Below are positions 10,061 to 20,086 of a stretch of 64,000 bases of DNA, piece after piece. Position numbers and translations under genes: made by a program. Origin of the DNA: Candidatus Poribacteria bacterium (GTDB taxonomy: Bacteria; Poribacteria; WGA-4E; WGA-3G); NCBI GenBank assembly GCA_963663765.2, contig CAXXUA010000005.1, positions 1,600,001-1,664,000 on the forward strand, given 5' to 3'. Each line of letters begins with the position of its first letter. The stretch's first letter is position 1. The notes beneath the pieces are model-generated. The model had not been told where the DNA came from. It was given only the letters and a program-made list of their open reading frames with translations, and did no database searches.

Positions 10061-10935
10061 CAGTTTTTCTAATTATTGAATGTTAAAAAAAGAAACCCCC
10101 TGGTAGGAGCGACCTCCCGGTCGCGATTTTCTTAGGAAACAGCTAAAATACCTAAAACTGAATTTTAAAAAAAGAAACCCCCTGGTAGGAGCGACCTCCC
10201 GGTCGCGATTTTCTTAGGAAACAGCTAAAATACCTAAAACTGAATAACCCTGCCATCAGCAAAGAAAGTGTTGCATAATTAGTAAACTATAGTATAAAAT
10301 TACTTTTCACATATTTTATCACTGTTCATAAAGGGAAGCTTATGGATACGCTTTGTTTAGAACACTGTTTGACCGACACAGTTTTTCTAATTATTGAATT
10401 TAAAAAAAAGAAACCCCCTGGTAGGAGCGACCTCCCGGTCGCGATTTTCTTAGCAAACAGCTAAAATACCTAAAACTGAATTTTAAAAAAAGAAACCCCC
10501 TGGTAGGAGCGACCTCCCGGTCGCGATTTTCTTAGCAAACAGCTAAAATACCTAAAACTGAATAACCCTGCCATCAGCAAAGAAAGTGTTGCATAATTAG
10601 TAAACTATAGTATAAAATTACTTTTTACATATTTTATCACTGTTCATAAAGGGAAGCTTATGGATACGCTTTGTTTAGAACACTGTTTGACCGACACAGT
10701 TTTTCTAATTATTGAATTTTAAAAAAAGAAACCCCCTGGTAGGAGCGACCTCCCGGTCGCGATTTTCTTAGCAAACAGCTAAAATACCTAAAACTGAATA
10801 ACCCTGCCATCAGCAAAGAAAGTGTTGCATAATTAGTAAACTATAGTATAAAATTACTTTTCACATATTTTATCACTGTTCATAAAGGGAAGCTTATGGA
10901 TACGCTTTGTTTAGAACACTGTTTGACCGACACAG
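10061..10935 (+). repeat. Nested tandem triplication (318+318+~239 bp, internal 82-bp doublets) of MITE-A/REP, promoter and the first 13 codons of the PhyH gene
   Basis: Units start at 10061, 10379 and 10697; ATGGATACGCTTTGTTTAG at 10342, 10660 and 10896. Confidence 0.9.
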
Positions 10936-11744
10936 AAAAACAGCAATTTGAGGAAGCGGGTTTCTTTGTCGTTGAAGACGCTATTCCAACAGAAATAGTT
11001 GAGAAGTTGATCGTTGCATTTGATCGGGTCGGTGCGGAACATTTGGGTAAGAACAAACTTCCTACCGATGCTAAGTTCAACATACTTGACTTTGTTGGTA
11101 GAGATGGTGTCTTTATTGAGATGTTAGATTGGCACACAACTTTTCCTAAAGTTTGGGGTATTTTAGGATGGAATATCAAACTCTACCACTCCCACATGAT
11201 TGCACTGCCACCGCTGCCACCTGAAGAACGAAAGAAACAACGGCGACTGGGTTGGCACCAAGACAGTGGACGACTCAACATTGAATTAGAAGGGGAACCG
11301 CGCCCACGTGTTTCCTTGAAGGTTGCTTATTTCCTGACTGATACCTCTGTTCCGGGACGTGGTAATTTCCATGTGATCCCGGGTAGTCAGAAATTCAACA
11401 AGGTAAAGATACCAGACGATGACAAGTCTAACCCTGATAACGCGACCCCTGTTTTTGCGAAACCTGGTACTGCAGTGTTTTTTGACCGCAGGTTGTGGCA
11501 TGCAGTGGGACGCAATGCATCAGACATCATGCGTAAGGTGATTTTCTACGGCTACAGTTACCGTTGGCTGCAACCGCGAGACGATATGACAGTGGAACAT
11601 TATATGGAAAAATCTGACCCAATTCGCCAGCAGATTTTGGGCAAAAGTACTGGCGGTATGGGGTATACGTCTCCCAGAGATGCGGATGTACCACTCCGGG
11701 ATTGGATTCAAGAAAATCTGGGATCTGAAGCCGTCACGCGGTAA
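10896..11744 (+). CDS. PhyH-family dioxygenase
   Basis: WHQD, IPGSQ and FFDRRLWH motifs. Confidence 0.85.
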   Translation: MDTLCLEHCLTDTEKQQFEEAGFFVVEDAIPTEIVEKLIVAFDRVGAEHLGKNKLPTDAKFNILDFVGRDGVFIEMLDWHTTFPKVWGILGWNIKLYHSHMIALPPLPPEERKKQRRLGWHQDSGRLNIELEGEPRPRVSLKVAYFLTDTSVPGRGNFHVIPGSQKFNKVKIPDDDKSNPDNATPVFAKPGTAVFFDRRLWHAVGRNASDIMRKVIFYGYSYRWLQPRDDMTVEHYMEKSDPIRQQILGKSTGGMGYTSPRDADVPLRDWIQENLGSEAVTR

Positions 11745-11793
11745 ATAGAAATGGATTGGAACACCGTCTGAGACGCAGAAATGATTGCTTTTC

Positions 11794-12981
11794 TTACCAA
11801 TCCCCTCGTCGGTTGTCCCAGAGATGCGCTTTGATAACCTTCTCATTTAGATCTGTCCCCCATCCTGGACGTGTAGGGATTTTCATATAACCATCAACAA
11901 TTTCTGGCGTGTGTGTCGTTAAATCGTCTTTCCAAGGAACATCGTCAATATCCACTTCCATGATACGCACGTTAGGTAAAACTGCACAGAGACTTGCACT
12001 CATAAAAGTCGCAAGGTGACTGTAATAGTTGTGTGGTGCAACATTGAACTGGTAAACATCCGCTAAATCACCAATCTTCTTAGACTGTGAAAACCCGTTC
12101 CACGGCACATCTATCATAAACACATCTGCAGCCCGTGCTTCAAAATAAGGGAGATATTCACGCATATAGTATAGGTTTTCACCAGTGCATATTTTTGTTG
12201 TCGTAGAATCCTTGATTTGACGGATTGCTTCATGCTCATACATATCAATCTCCAACCAGAGCATATCATAAGGTTCTAACACCTTCGCAATACGCATGCA
12301 TGCTTCAGGTTTAAAGTTGAAGTTCAAGTCAAGGTTGAGTCCCACTTCGGGGCCGATTGCATCTCTAAGAGTGCCGATGAGTGTCTCAATGTGTTGTAAA
12401 AGTTCAGGTGTTACATTTCCATCGGTGGAGCCAAGTCCACCCCCGAAACCGCTAAAATACACTGAAGCGGGTTCACCTGGAATAACGATATTTGTCTTAA
12501 GTGCAGTAAATCCTTTTTCAACCACTTCACGTCCTAAAGCTGTGATGTCCTCCATAGTTCTTAAAGGTGGTACACCTATCAGTTCATAATTGTTGACACG
12601 TGATGTGCCGCAGTGCGACCAATACACCCGTACACTTTCCCGTGTCGGACCGCCAAAGAGTTCCACAACAGAGATTCCCAATGCCTTCGCTTTGATGTCA
12701 ACAAGCGCGCATTCAATGCCTGCGATAGACTTAGCAGCGATACCACCCGGACTCTGCCGTGAACCACGAATCATGTCCCAAAAACGCATCTCGTAAGCGC
12801 GTGGATCGCGTCCAATTAACAAAGGTGTTAGATCTTTGATAGTTCCCGCAACGCCGTTAGGATTCCTTCCATCACTACATTCTCCGTAACCTGTAACCCC
12901 CTCGTCAGTTTCCACTTTTACAAAAATCCAGGGTCGCCAACCACCATCTACAATAAAGGTATCAATGTTTGTAATCTTCAT
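11794..12981 (-). CDS. Mandelate racemase/muconate lactonizing enzyme family (DgoD-like dehydratase)
   Basis: VKVETDEG.TGYGE, TGEN, APHN and RPGWG motifs. Confidence 0.85.
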   Translation of the reverse strand: MKITNIDTFIVDGGWRPWIFVKVETDEGVTGYGECSDGRNPNGVAGTIKDLTPLLIGRDPRAYEMRFWDMIRGSRQSPGGIAAKSIAGIECALVDIKAKALGISVVELFGGPTRESVRVYWSHCGTSRVNNYELIGVPPLRTMEDITALGREVVEKGFTALKTNIVIPGEPASVYFSGFGGGLGSTDGNVTPELLQHIETLIGTLRDAIGPEVGLNLDLNFNFKPEACMRIAKVLEPYDMLWLEIDMYEHEAIRQIKDSTTTKICTGENLYYMREYLPYFEARAADVFMIDVPWNGFSQSKKIGDLADVYQFNVAPHNYYSHLATFMSASLCAVLPNVRIMEVDIDDVPWKDDLTTHTPEIVDGYMKIPTRPGWGTDLNEKVIKAHLWDNRRGDW

Positions 12982-13004
12982 AAGACTCCCAATAATGTCT
13001 TAGA

Positions 13005-13997
13005 TTAAAGTTTTACTATCTCACCTTGCTGTGCTGATTTACGCAATGCATCACAAACACGCATCGTGTTTATGGCTATCTCAGCCCATTCTGGCTCAAG
13101 ATTATTAGATTGTACTATCCCTGAAAACCTTTCAATCATATTGACTTCTTGATTGCAAGTTCCCGTTTCGTGCTTAACATTATCCGGTCCATGTATCCAG
13201 AACCGCGCGGATTCTTCCGATGTAGGCACAGTGAAATCATCACAGACTAAGGATGCTTGTGTACCTGCGACTTCAAACCATTTTCGCAAACTTGTATCAA
13301 ATCCACAATCCAAAGTTGCAATACGGTCATTTTCAAACCAAAGGATACCTGAAAGATTGAAATCGACACCGACCTTGTAGCGTGCAGTTGCAAACACCTT
13401 CGTTGGCATCTCCTCAAAAGCCCACAGGATAGCACGGACACAGTAATAACCGAGATCACCAAGGCTACCTCCACCCAATTCTGGTTTAGCACGGATATTT
13501 TCTGTTGGAATTGTATTCCAGTTGAATGTGAAAGTAGCTGTTACTCTTCGCAAATTTCCTAAGTTTGCCAACTGTTGTTTCATCATCTCTGTTCTATCAT
13601 GATGCACCCACATGACCCCATCCATCAGTTGCACGCCATTCCGCTGACAGGAATCTGCCATAATTGTGGCTTCGTCTGAATTGACAGAAAGTGGTTTCTC
13701 ACAAAGCACATGTTTTCCGTGTTCTGCTGCTTTGACTGTCCATTCCGCGTGCATTGATGGAGGTAAAGGAATGTAGATGGCATTAATGGACGCATCTGAA
13801 AGAAGGTCATCATAAGTACCATAAGCGATGGGTACATTGTGCTTTTTTGCCCATGCATTTGCACGTTCTTCAGTGCGACTTGCTACCGCGACCAATTCTG
13901 CATTATGTGCAAGATTAATTGCGCGTGCAACTTTTGATGCAATACTTGCGGTGCTGAGTATTCCCCAGCGAATTGGGTTGTTAGATTCTGTATTCAT
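13005..13997 (-). CDS. Gfo/Idh/MocA oxidoreductase
   Basis: WGILSTASIA, HVLCEKP and GGGSLGDLGYY motifs. Confidence 0.9.
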   Translation of the reverse strand: MNTESNNPIRWGILSTASIASKVARAINLAHNAELVAVASRTEERANAWAKKHNVPIAYGTYDDLLSDASINAIYIPLPPSMHAEWTVKAAEHGKHVLCEKPLSVNSDEATIMADSCQRNGVQLMDGVMWVHHDRTEMMKQQLANLGNLRRVTATFTFNWNTIPTENIRAKPELGGGSLGDLGYYCVRAILWAFEEMPTKVFATARYKVGVDFNLSGILWFENDRIATLDCGFDTSLRKWFEVAGTQASLVCDDFTVPTSEESARFWIHGPDNVKHETGTCNQEVNMIERFSGIVQSNNLEPEWAEIAINTMRVCDALRKSAQQGEIVKL

Positions 13998-14241
13998 ACT
14001 GCTCCGTTAAACAAAAAGAAATCTGGTTACTCGTTGCTTTACTATACCTTTCGCGACCGGGAGGTCACTCCTACCGAAGAGATGTCTTCAAACCAGCAAT
14101 TACAATGCAATTCCTTAATGAGACAAAAGTGATTAGAATTGGTATAACAAACACATAGTCCTATGCTAAGATAATTGTCCAAAAAACCAAAATCTGAATA
14201 ACCCTATTCCAACATATTGGGAATAACTTGTAAAACAAACT

Positions 14242-15228
14242 CTAAAATTTGTCTTCCGTTTTTGAGTAAATTGATATTAAGACGAAACAGGTTGTTTGTA
14301 AGTTTGTTGCTGTTGTCTTAAGTTCTATTGGTGTATCACTCTTGAATCCGCCATCCTTCTCTTGTGCTTTTGTAAGATATGATATTGCGATGCGACGCGT
14401 ATTGAGTGGATCAGCTGCAGCGGTAAGGCCCATAATAGCAGCCGCAGTAACCTCTGGATCACTTGGTTGTCCTTTAAACCTACCAAAACCACCATCTCTG
14501 TTTTGGAAATGTTTTATCAGCGCAACCTGTTCATCAAGATCATATTCGGGTGACAGTCCTTGAAGTGCCCATGAAGTTACATATATATCCGATTGCGTTC
14601 CACCTGGGAGATGCCAAATATTGTCAAAATTGTTCTGTTCTGCTAACCACTTAATTCCTGAGCTAATGGGTTTGAAATGTTCTTGTATAAAACCGAGTCT
14701 TTTAAACCCAACAATTGTTGCTGATGTGTAGAGTATATGTCCGGGACTTTTGCTCTTGCGTCCCCAACTCCCACTACGATTCTGTGCATTCTTGAGCCAA
14801 TACATTCCTTTTAATCTGGCTTCAGAGTCAGTTTTAGAATTCGTTAGCGCAATAAGTGCAAACGCAGTATGAGCGGTGTTGTCGTTCCAACTTCCGTTTT
14901 CACGTTGTAGGATTCTCAAATATCTGACACCCCCGCGAATGATGCGTGATCCTGTTCCCCACTCCGCATCCGTCAATGCCCAGACAGCAAGTGCTGTGAT
15001 CTCTACATCACTTTTGCCACCTGGTAATAGAGGCCAGCCCCCATCTTTGTTTTGGTGCTTCACTATAAATGCTTTCGTACTTTCTATAGTTTTATAAAGT
15101 GAAGACATTTCTGTTTTCTTTGAAGTGATCTTTTCATTCTCAGCAACTATGTTTGTAATATTGAAGCTAAAAAGGAAGATGAGTGTTTGACAACATAACA
15201 AAATGAACGTACGTTTTTGATTTCTCAT
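14242..15228 (-). CDS. Secreted prenyltransferase/squalene-cyclase-repeat protein
   Basis: Repeated QxxDGGW/F motifs; N-terminal signal-like segment. Confidence 0.7.
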   Translation of the reverse strand: MRNQKRTFILLCCQTLIFLFSFNITNIVAENEKITSKKTEMSSLYKTIESTKAFIVKHQNKDGGWPLLPGGKSDVEITALAVWALTDAEWGTGSRIIRGGVRYLRILQRENGSWNDNTAHTAFALIALTNSKTDSEARLKGMYWLKNAQNRSGSWGRKSKSPGHILYTSATIVGFKRLGFIQEHFKPISSGIKWLAEQNNFDNIWHLPGGTQSDIYVTSWALQGLSPEYDLDEQVALIKHFQNRDGGFGRFKGQPSDPEVTAAAIMGLTAAADPLNTRRIAISYLTKAQEKDGGFKSDTPIELKTTATNLQTTCFVLISIYSKTEDKF

Positions 15229-15252
15229 TATTTCACCTATGTATTGGAGTGA

Positions 15253-15417
15253 CAGGACTTACGCACCCAACGGTAGACGCGCTTTGTAAGCGGGGAATGC
15301 CAAAAGGCATTCATACCGTTGATTTCTTGATTTGGCACTGGAAACCGAAAAAATGCTGAAAATTACACCATTTTCGTCATAATTCTTCATCAAATCATGA
15401 AAACTGCGTAAGTCCTG
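15253..15417. mobile_element. MITE-E (CAGGACTTACGCA ends) with REP interrupted by micro-element K
   Basis: 13-bp TIRs; GGAGTG flanking repeat; homologous to 24911-25032. Confidence 0.8.
15293..15335 (+). mobile_element. Micro-element K (43 nt)
   Basis: GGGAATGCCAAAAGGCATTCATACCGTTGATTTCTTGATTTGG; absent from the sister MITE-E at 24911. Confidence 0.8.
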
Positions 15418-15456
15418 GGAGTGTTTTATATGCTGATGTTTTTCCATAAAAAAAGG

Positions 15457-16581
15457 TCAACTATGGGGTTCAATAACAACCTTGTAAACACCTTCATTTC
15501 CAAGCATATCAATGCCATTTTCTAATTGATTCAAGGGTAGATGGTGTGTTATAAGTTTTTGTAAAGGTGCACGTGTTCTCTGAAGAAAATCCAAAGCTGT
15601 CTGAAACTGGATTTGAGGATATGCCCACACACCACACACGTCAAGGTCTTTGTTGCATATCTGATGTGGTCTTACTTGTGTTTCTCCTGAATCCGTGTAG
15701 TGTCCAACTTCAATTACTTTTCCACCGCGTCTTACGACTTCTAATGCCTCTGAAAAAACTGCTGGTATCCCCGCACATTCAATTGAGATGTCAACACCGA
15801 CCCCGTTTGTGAGGGATTGAATCTGTTCAACCCGTTCTTCAAGAGTTGTGTTCCCAACATTTATAGCCACATCTGCTCCCATCTGTTTTGCCATATCTAA
15901 ACGGCTATCCACAACGTCGGTAGCAATGATTGTACCTGCTCCGCTATCCCGCAACACAGCAATCACGAGGAGCCCAATGGGACCACATCCTAACACAGCA
16001 ACTCGACTACCAATGCTATAACCATCACCCACCTGAGGTAATCCGGGTGCACATGCACGTTCAACTGCACGGGTCGCAACCGCAACAGGTTCTGTAAGAA
16101 CAGATATTTCCTCAGGTATATCCTCTGGTATTTTGTAGACCCAAGAGTTACCGTGAATATAGGTATATTCAGAAAACTCACCAGTTAAATATGGTGGTGT
16201 TTCGCTATTACTGAAGCCGTAAATAGTGCGTCCAGAACATAGGGTGGGCCGTCCAGGGACATGCAAACAGTAGTAACATCTTCCGCAGTTTTTTGATCCA
16301 GGTACAACGGTAATTCTGTCACCTTCTTGAATCGGTCCACCCATTACATTCATAGTTTGATTGGCATTTTTACCGATTTCTGCGACCGTGCCAACGACCT
16401 CATGTCCTGGAATGACGGGGAATCTCAGGGTAGTATGTCCCAGATACATGTGTTTATCGCTGCCACATATACCAACTTTGTCCACTTGTAACAGCAGAGA
16501 GTCTTTTGCAGGAGTCGGTTTGTTAAATTCTCGGATTTCAATATGTCCCGGTTGAAACATCACCGCAGCTTGAACTTGCAT
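15457..16581 (-). CDS. Zn-dependent alcohol dehydrogenase (MDR family)
   Basis: GICGSD, GHE, CxxCxxC and GCGPIG motifs. Confidence 0.9.
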   Translation of the reverse strand: MQVQAAVMFQPGHIEIREFNKPTPAKDSLLLQVDKVGICGSDKHMYLGHTTLRFPVIPGHEVVGTVAEIGKNANQTMNVMGGPIQEGDRITVVPGSKNCGRCYYCLHVPGRPTLCSGRTIYGFSNSETPPYLTGEFSEYTYIHGNSWVYKIPEDIPEEISVLTEPVAVATRAVERACAPGLPQVGDGYSIGSRVAVLGCGPIGLLVIAVLRDSGAGTIIATDVVDSRLDMAKQMGADVAINVGNTTLEERVEQIQSLTNGVGVDISIECAGIPAVFSEALEVVRRGGKVIEVGHYTDSGETQVRPHQICNKDLDVCGVWAYPQIQFQTALDFLQRTRAPLQKLITHHLPLNQLENGIDMLGNEGVYKVVIEPHS

Positions 16582-16611
16582 AGTTTGTAACCCTTACTTA
16601 TGTCTATATTG

Positions 16612-16767
16612 ATGACGATTAATTTGTTAATTCGGAAATCAAATATTTCTCCCCGGGTAGGTGTGTTTTGTAAGCGCGCTGTGGAGTTTTGACATACCAA
16701 TGCGCTTACAAAACACACCCACGGGGTGAGTTAGATAGAATTACCGATTCAGTTTATTAATCTTCAT
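16612..16767. mobile_element. MITE-B (ATGAAGATTAA-type ends) with intact REP doublet
   Basis: ATGACGATTAAT...TTAATCTTCAT; internal GTAGGTGTGTTTTGTAAGCGC...GCGCTTACAAAACACACCCAC. Confidence 0.75.
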
Positions 16768-16782
16768 GTATACAGACAACGT

Positions 16783-17937
16783 TTACTTTTTCCATAGTGG
16801 AATTAATATCTTTGTCAACTGTGCCAAACTTTCTAAATTATGTGCTGGAAGAAAATAGTCTACGTAAGGCAGTGCGGTACGAATCCCACGACATATCGGT
16901 TGATATGTGTCGCTTCCCAGTAATGGATTAAGCCATATTAGTTTATACGCATGCCGATGTAACATCTCCATAGATCGTTGGAGGAGTTCCGCATCGCCTC
17001 TATCCCAACCATCGCTAATGAGGATTACAACTGACCGATATGCTGAAAAAGATGAAGCGAATTGACGATAAAACGTTAATAGACTTTCACCAATTTTCGT
17101 ACCACCCGACCAATCTGGGACAATGTTCGCAACTTCATTCAATCCTGCTGCCAAACCTTTACGTTGAAGTAGTCCAGTGATATTTGTTAAATGTGTACTG
17201 AAAACTGCGACTTCTACTTCCCTTAACTCCTGCTGCATGCCGTAGATAAATTGAATTAGGAATTTGGAATAACAATCCATTGACCCACTTACATCACAGA
17301 GGAGTAGAATTCTTGTCTTTTTGATTTTTTGCTTTTTGCGTTTCAGTTCAATCGGTTCACCACCGTGTACAAGATTTATTCGCCAACTTCGTCGAAAATC
17401 AATTGTTCTCCCCTTTTTGCTGCTAACCTTTCGTCTACTTAGTTTTGTTGCTAATACCGCTGCCAATTTTGCAACAACCTGCCGTGCTGTCTCCATATCT
17501 TTTTCAGAATACTCACTAAAATCCTTTCGTTTCAGTACCTCCTCTACACTATACGCTATAGGATCGTCTTCCTGTCCCTCCTCATCTGTGTCCTCAAAAT
17601 CTGTCCATTGATCCATGATGTTTTCTTCATTTTCTGTATCATAAAGGTCTTGCAAGGCAGAGGGTTCAGGTTCATCTTCGCCGGTATCAGTTATTTGGAT
17701 TTCTGGTCTTGGATACCTCCAAAACAAATTGAAGGCAGCATCAAATTTTTCTCGATCTATTTCGTTCGCAATCAAGTTTGTTCGTGCTGTGTGATAAAAA
17801 ATATCCCGTTCATTGATGTCAATGAAATCAACGCTTTTACACCAACTTAGCTGATTAGTTGTAGTTACGTTAACACCTATCTGCCTAAGTAGTTTGCAAA
17901 AATTGTTGATCTGATGAAGAAGGGTGTGTTTAGTCAT
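16783..17937 (-). CDS. vWA-domain CoxE-like protein
   Basis: DVSGSM, WSGGT.IG, ISDGWD and WLNPL motifs. Confidence 0.9.
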   Translation of the reverse strand: MTKHTLLHQINNFCKLLRQIGVNVTTTNQLSWCKSVDFIDINERDIFYHTARTNLIANEIDREKFDAAFNLFWRYPRPEIQITDTGEDEPEPSALQDLYDTENEENIMDQWTDFEDTDEEGQEDDPIAYSVEEVLKRKDFSEYSEKDMETARQVVAKLAAVLATKLSRRKVSSKKGRTIDFRRSWRINLVHGGEPIELKRKKQKIKKTRILLLCDVSGSMDCYSKFLIQFIYGMQQELREVEVAVFSTHLTNITGLLQRKGLAAGLNEVANIVPDWSGGTKIGESLLTFYRQFASSFSAYRSVVILISDGWDRGDAELLQRSMEMLHRHAYKLIWLNPLLGSDTYQPICRGIRTALPYVDYFLPAHNLESLAQLTKILIPLWKK

Positions 17938-18850
17938 TTTCCTGTTTTTTTAGAAAAGCAATGAATGCTTCCAGTTCTTTAGAAAGCATAGGAAAAAAAT
18001 CGTTTACTCGCGTTGCATTCTCAAGCATTTTTGCATAATCCAGTTCATCTCCGTAAATATATAAGAAAACATGACGAAAACCGAGTAGTTTTTGTAGCTT
18101 GATATAAGTATCTTGTGAAATTACAGGAGCACGTATTGATGTTGGTTCTGCGATTTGTTGCAATAGGGTTTTGTGCCATTCTTCTCCTGCAGGTAAAGAT
18201 TGGTCAAACTCTTGAGCAATTCTTGCAAAAATGTTTTCCAACTGCTTATAGAAATCATATAGATATCTGGCGATTTCTATCTCTATGCTGCGTCTATATC
18301 GTTCTGGTGCATCTTGAATGTTTTGCAATGCTTGATCAATGAGTTGAACAGCACCTTTTACTTTTGTATATCCATCATTCATACGTTGTATTAATTCTTT
18401 ATGCAATGTGTATGATACTTTTCTTTTTTCAATTTTATGACATTTTCTGTAGAATCCTGCTTCACCTTTCTGTATTGGAATTACTTGGTTCTGTATGCGG
18501 TCACGAAACATTCCTTTACAATCCTCAAAACTAACCAAATCAATATTGAATTCTTGACTAAAACCGATAGTTTCGTATACAGCGCGCAAGTACTGGTCAA
18601 ACGAAAGTCCCCAAACTGCCATATCAATATCCGACCATTTTGAGAAACGATTTTGTTGTGCAAGCGACCCAAATACTGCGACCTGTGTTGCCCCAAATTC
18701 TTCGTAGAGCATTGCTGCTAACTTTTGCGCGGTTTGCCATGCACGTTGCAGTAATGCCTCATCTGCTGTCCTTTTATTAAAATGTTTCTCAAGACGTGCT
18801 CTGTTTTCTTGTATTTTTTCTGAAGATAGGTCTTTTTGTATCAAAATCAA
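17930..18850 (-). CDS. Fused minimal nucleotidyltransferase (MNT) + HepT-like HEPN protein
   Basis: FGS-x11-DID in the N-half; ENIF.RIA, WHK.LL and FRHVFLYIYG in the C-half. Confidence 0.8.
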   Translation of the reverse strand: MILIQKDLSSEKIQENRARLEKHFNKRTADEALLQRAWQTAQKLAAMLYEEFGATQVAVFGSLAQQNRFSKWSDIDMAVWGLSFDQYLRAVYETIGFSQEFNIDLVSFEDCKGMFRDRIQNQVIPIQKGEAGFYRKCHKIEKRKVSYTLHKELIQRMNDGYTKVKGAVQLIDQALQNIQDAPERYRRSIEIEIARYLYDFYKQLENIFARIAQEFDQSLPAGEEWHKTLLQQIAEPTSIRAPVISQDTYIKLQKLLGFRHVFLYIYGDELDYAKMLENATRVNDFFPMLSKELEAFIAFLKKQEND

Positions 18851-18858
18851 TCAATCCT

Positions 18859-18957
18859 TTACACCAATTTTAACTGATTAGTTGTTACGTTAACACTGAT
18901 CTGCTTAAGAAGTTTGCAAAAATCGTTGATCTGATGAAGAAGGGTGTGTTCAGTCAT
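18859..18957 (-). pseudogene. Duplicated 5' remnant of the vWA/CoxE gene (32 codons)
   Basis: MTEHTLLHQINDFCKLLKQISVNVTTNQL versus MTKHTLLHQINNFCKLLRQIGVNVTTTNQL at 17937. Confidence 0.85.
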
Positions 18958-19828
18958 TTTCCTGTTTTTTTAGGTTAGCAATTAACGTATCTAACTCATT
19001 AGAAAGTCTTTTGAGAATGATATTAAGCTGTTTTGCAATCTGCTCTGTTCTTTCGTAAAGCAATTCTTCTCCATAAATATTATTGAATACATGCCGAAAT
19101 TCTAAAAGTTCTTGTAAACGTTCAAAAGTTTCTTGAGAAATTACAGGTTGTCGTTGATTCTGTGGTTCTGCCATCTGATCCAATAAGTCTTTATGCCACC
19201 TACTTCCATCGGGTAAACGTAAGTCAACATCAAGGGCAATTCTTCTAAAGATGTTTTCCATACCTTGGTAACAATCAACAAGGTTTTTGGCAATCGTTAT
19301 TTCTATATATTCTCTGTACTCAGCAGGTGAACTCTTTATTTTCTCTAATCGTTCTTCAATTTTGGTAGCAGTTTCTGATATTTTTTTAAGTTCATCAGTA
19401 ATTCGTTGAATAAGTACCCTTCTATCCACTTCATAGATTGCTCCTTTTTCTATAGAAATCAATTGACTTTTAATTCTTTCTTGAAACAGCCTGTTACAAC
19501 TGTCAAAATCTACTAAACCCACTTTGAACAATCCACTTATATCTGAAGCGATTGACAATGCGCGAAGATATTTATCTTTTGGAATTCCCCAAACAGCAAT
19601 ATCAATATCCGAATATTTTGAGAAACGATTTTGTTGTGTAAGCGATCCAAATACTGCGACCTGTGTTGCCCCAAAATCTTCATAAAGCGTCGATGCTAAC
19701 TTGTACGCAGTTTGCCATGCCCGTTGCAGCAATACCTCATCTACCGTCCTTTTATTGAAGCGTTTCTCAATAGTCGAACGGTATTTCTGTACTTTATCTG
19801 AAGATAGGTCTTTATGTATCAAAATCAA
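18950..19828 (-). CDS. Fused MNT + HepT-like HEPN protein (paralog)
   Basis: FGS-x11-DID; RWHKDLL; FRHVFNNIYG. Confidence 0.8.
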   Translation of the reverse strand: MILIHKDLSSDKVQKYRSTIEKRFNKRTVDEVLLQRAWQTAYKLASTLYEDFGATQVAVFGSLTQQNRFSKYSDIDIAVWGIPKDKYLRALSIASDISGLFKVGLVDFDSCNRLFQERIKSQLISIEKGAIYEVDRRVLIQRITDELKKISETATKIEERLEKIKSSPAEYREYIEITIAKNLVDCYQGMENIFRRIALDVDLRLPDGSRWHKDLLDQMAEPQNQRQPVISQETFERLQELLEFRHVFNNIYGEELLYERTEQIAKQLNIILKRLSNELDTLIANLKKQEND

Positions 19829-20086
19829 TGAATTCCTTGTGTAAAAATGAAGTTAAATCAACTCTATCAAGGTTGAATAACTTCTGACTCCTATTCTCAT
19901 TTGGGTATAGTTCGTGTCGTTCAGCTACTATGTCTGTGAAGTGGAGAACAAAGACTGATAAAGACAGAAACCAAATTGCAAAATCTGGTATTCTTTCGCG
20001 TCCATCGTTAATCAAGATTGTACCACAATTCCAACGATTTCTCAAATTAAAACATGTTAGAACAACATGTGAGTTTATGTTTCGTA

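Noticed and set aside
10061-10935. Possible CRISPR or ncRNA array
   Set aside because: The intervening sequences are near-identical copies; it is a nested tandem duplication.
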